Of a DNA stretch of 64,000 bases, positions 63,309 through 64,000 are shown piece after piece. The position numbers and the translations under genes are program-made. The notes beneath the pieces are model-generated. The model had not been told where the DNA came from and ran no database searches. It worked only from the letters and a program-made list of their open reading frames with translations. The stretch comes from Patescibacteria group bacterium. Lineage in GTDB: Bacteria; Patescibacteriota; Microgenomatia; UBA1406. The stretch covers positions 168,339 to 232,338 of the forward strand of contig JBAYJK010000002.1 of NCBI GenBank assembly GCA_041665145.1, read 5' to 3'. How positions within the stretch are numbered: position 1 is the stretch's first letter; each line of letters starts with the position of its first letter.

Positions 63309-63463
63309 GTACATTATGTATGTCTTCTATATGATCTTAGTTTTCTACACAATCTATATGTTCTATATATTCCATTTATTCTATATAATCTATTCATTGA
63401 ACAAAATGTATTACATGCACTCTTGTTTGAATCTACTTGAAGCCCCATGCATTAAATTACCCA

Positions 63464-63495
63464 TAAAAAATGGGGCGAACCTTTCGGTTCGCCCC
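63464..63495 (-). terminator. Rho-independent terminator of ndk
   Basis: The 10-bp stem GGGGCGAACC/GGTTCGCCCC has a 4-nt loop. On the minus strand it is followed by ATTTTTT. Confidence 0.75.
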
Positions 63496-63520
63496 TACTA
63501 CTAACCATCAATTTCAGACC

Positions 63521-64000
63521 TTATTTCATTGCTTTTTCTTCTACCCTCTCGTACGAGTGAATCTCGTTTTTCGAGAACCACAACGGAATTTCATATGTTG
63601 CCTCCTCAACATTTCCTGAGGCATGCATGAGATTCTTTATCGGGCGGCGATTTGTGTTGGCTAAATATGATGAATCATAGGAAAAATCACCTCGTATAGT
63701 ACCGGGAGCCGCGTTCAAACAAAGAGTCGGACCACAGAGCTTTCTGACAATTTCTATAACATGAGGGCCCTCCCAGACCATCGCAAACACAGGACCGCTC
63801 ATCATATAATCAACCAACCATTGGCGGATCTGCATTCCTATTTCCAAAGCATCTTCGGTGCCCATATCTTTCTTGAGGTCAATTCCCAGCTTCTGATAGT
63901 TTTCTATTGTCTTATTGCCAAGACCCACAATAAACTCCGTTCTACTTGCCGGATAATGTTTATCAAGCATTGCCTTATCTGCCTGCATCACTTTTGCAGC
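63521..64000 (-). CDS. ndk: nucleoside diphosphate kinase, 5'-truncated by the window edge
   Basis: GPVFAMVWEGPHVIEIVRKLCGPT, APGTIRGDFS and NLMHASGNVEEATYEIPLWF are present. The frame stays open to position 64000. Confidence 0.8.
   Translation of the reverse strand, partial: AAKVMQADKAMLDKHYPASRTEFIVGLGNKTIENYQKLGIDLKKDMGTEDALEIGMQIRQWLVDYMMSGPVFAMVWEGPHVIEIVRKLCGPTLCLNAAPGTIRGDFSYDSSYLANTNRRPIKNLMHASGNVEEATYEIPLWFSKNEIHSYERVEEKAMK

Noticed and set aside
63228-63504. Plus-strand ORFs 63228..63440 and 63289..63504.
   Set aside because: They lie in the AT-rich repeat-word spacer and show Tyr/Ile/Phe/Leu-rich nonsense composition. They overlap the operon promoter and the ndk terminator.
1-64000. 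Alternative genetic code (UGA recoded), as in some CPR lineages.
   Set aside because: Long ORFs are intact under the standard code and several well-supported genes end in TGA, for example 15009..16013. Recoding is not needed.

Overview
This 64-kb window is a compact, low-GC bacterial chromosome segment. Hand-counted 60-nt lines give about 33-40% G+C outside one island. Coding density is high and all ORFs read cleanly under the standard code, with TGA used as a stop. The gene content fits a Candidate Phyla Radiation / Patescibacteria (Microgenomates-like) genome, which is an inference. It includes an archaeal-type TyrRS, a reduced holB-like gene, sortase plus PEGA plus MreB, many membrane-anchored orphan proteins, and one giant surface protein. 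Recognisable genes are trxA, holB-like, rpmB-rpmG, an M50 protease, tyrS, an M24 aminopeptidase, tatD, fmt, three GT4 glycosyltransferases, tagA-like, a GT-C/TPR protein, an aldolase, nfo and pth. The list continues with a three-gene ATP-citrate-lyase-like set, a Trm11-like methyltransferase, ydjM-like, a TrmB regulator, galT-like, mreB, sortase, a MacB-type ABC pair, ndk, and tRNA-Thr(GGT), tRNA-Trp(CCA) and tRNA-Arg(CCT). I found no rRNA, CRISPR array, transposase or integrase. Six things stand out. (1) Five consecutive orphan genes (97..9323, minus strand) each have their own consensus promoter; three of those promoters share a 14-nt block, and the cluster is headed by a winged-helix protein. 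(2) A GC-rich 1.8-kb cassette (9426..11234) is bounded by roughly 30-bp imperfect inverted repeats and carries an SD-led secreted Cys-repeat protein. It sits next to an inverted-repeat-bracketed four-helix-bundle (IVS-type) gene. (3) A 2389-aa protein with 24 Kelch-like blades plus FN3-like domains is translationally coupled to a MacB-like ABC transporter. (4) At least 21 genes have a -10 hexamer 5-8 nt upstream of the start codon, which suggests widespread leaderless expression. (5) Several families of low-complexity palindromic intergenic elements are present; some extend into coding termini, and heptamer tandem arrays sit in a signal peptide, in a CDS and in a leader. (6) The ACL/CCS-CCL-like operon is split into three genes.
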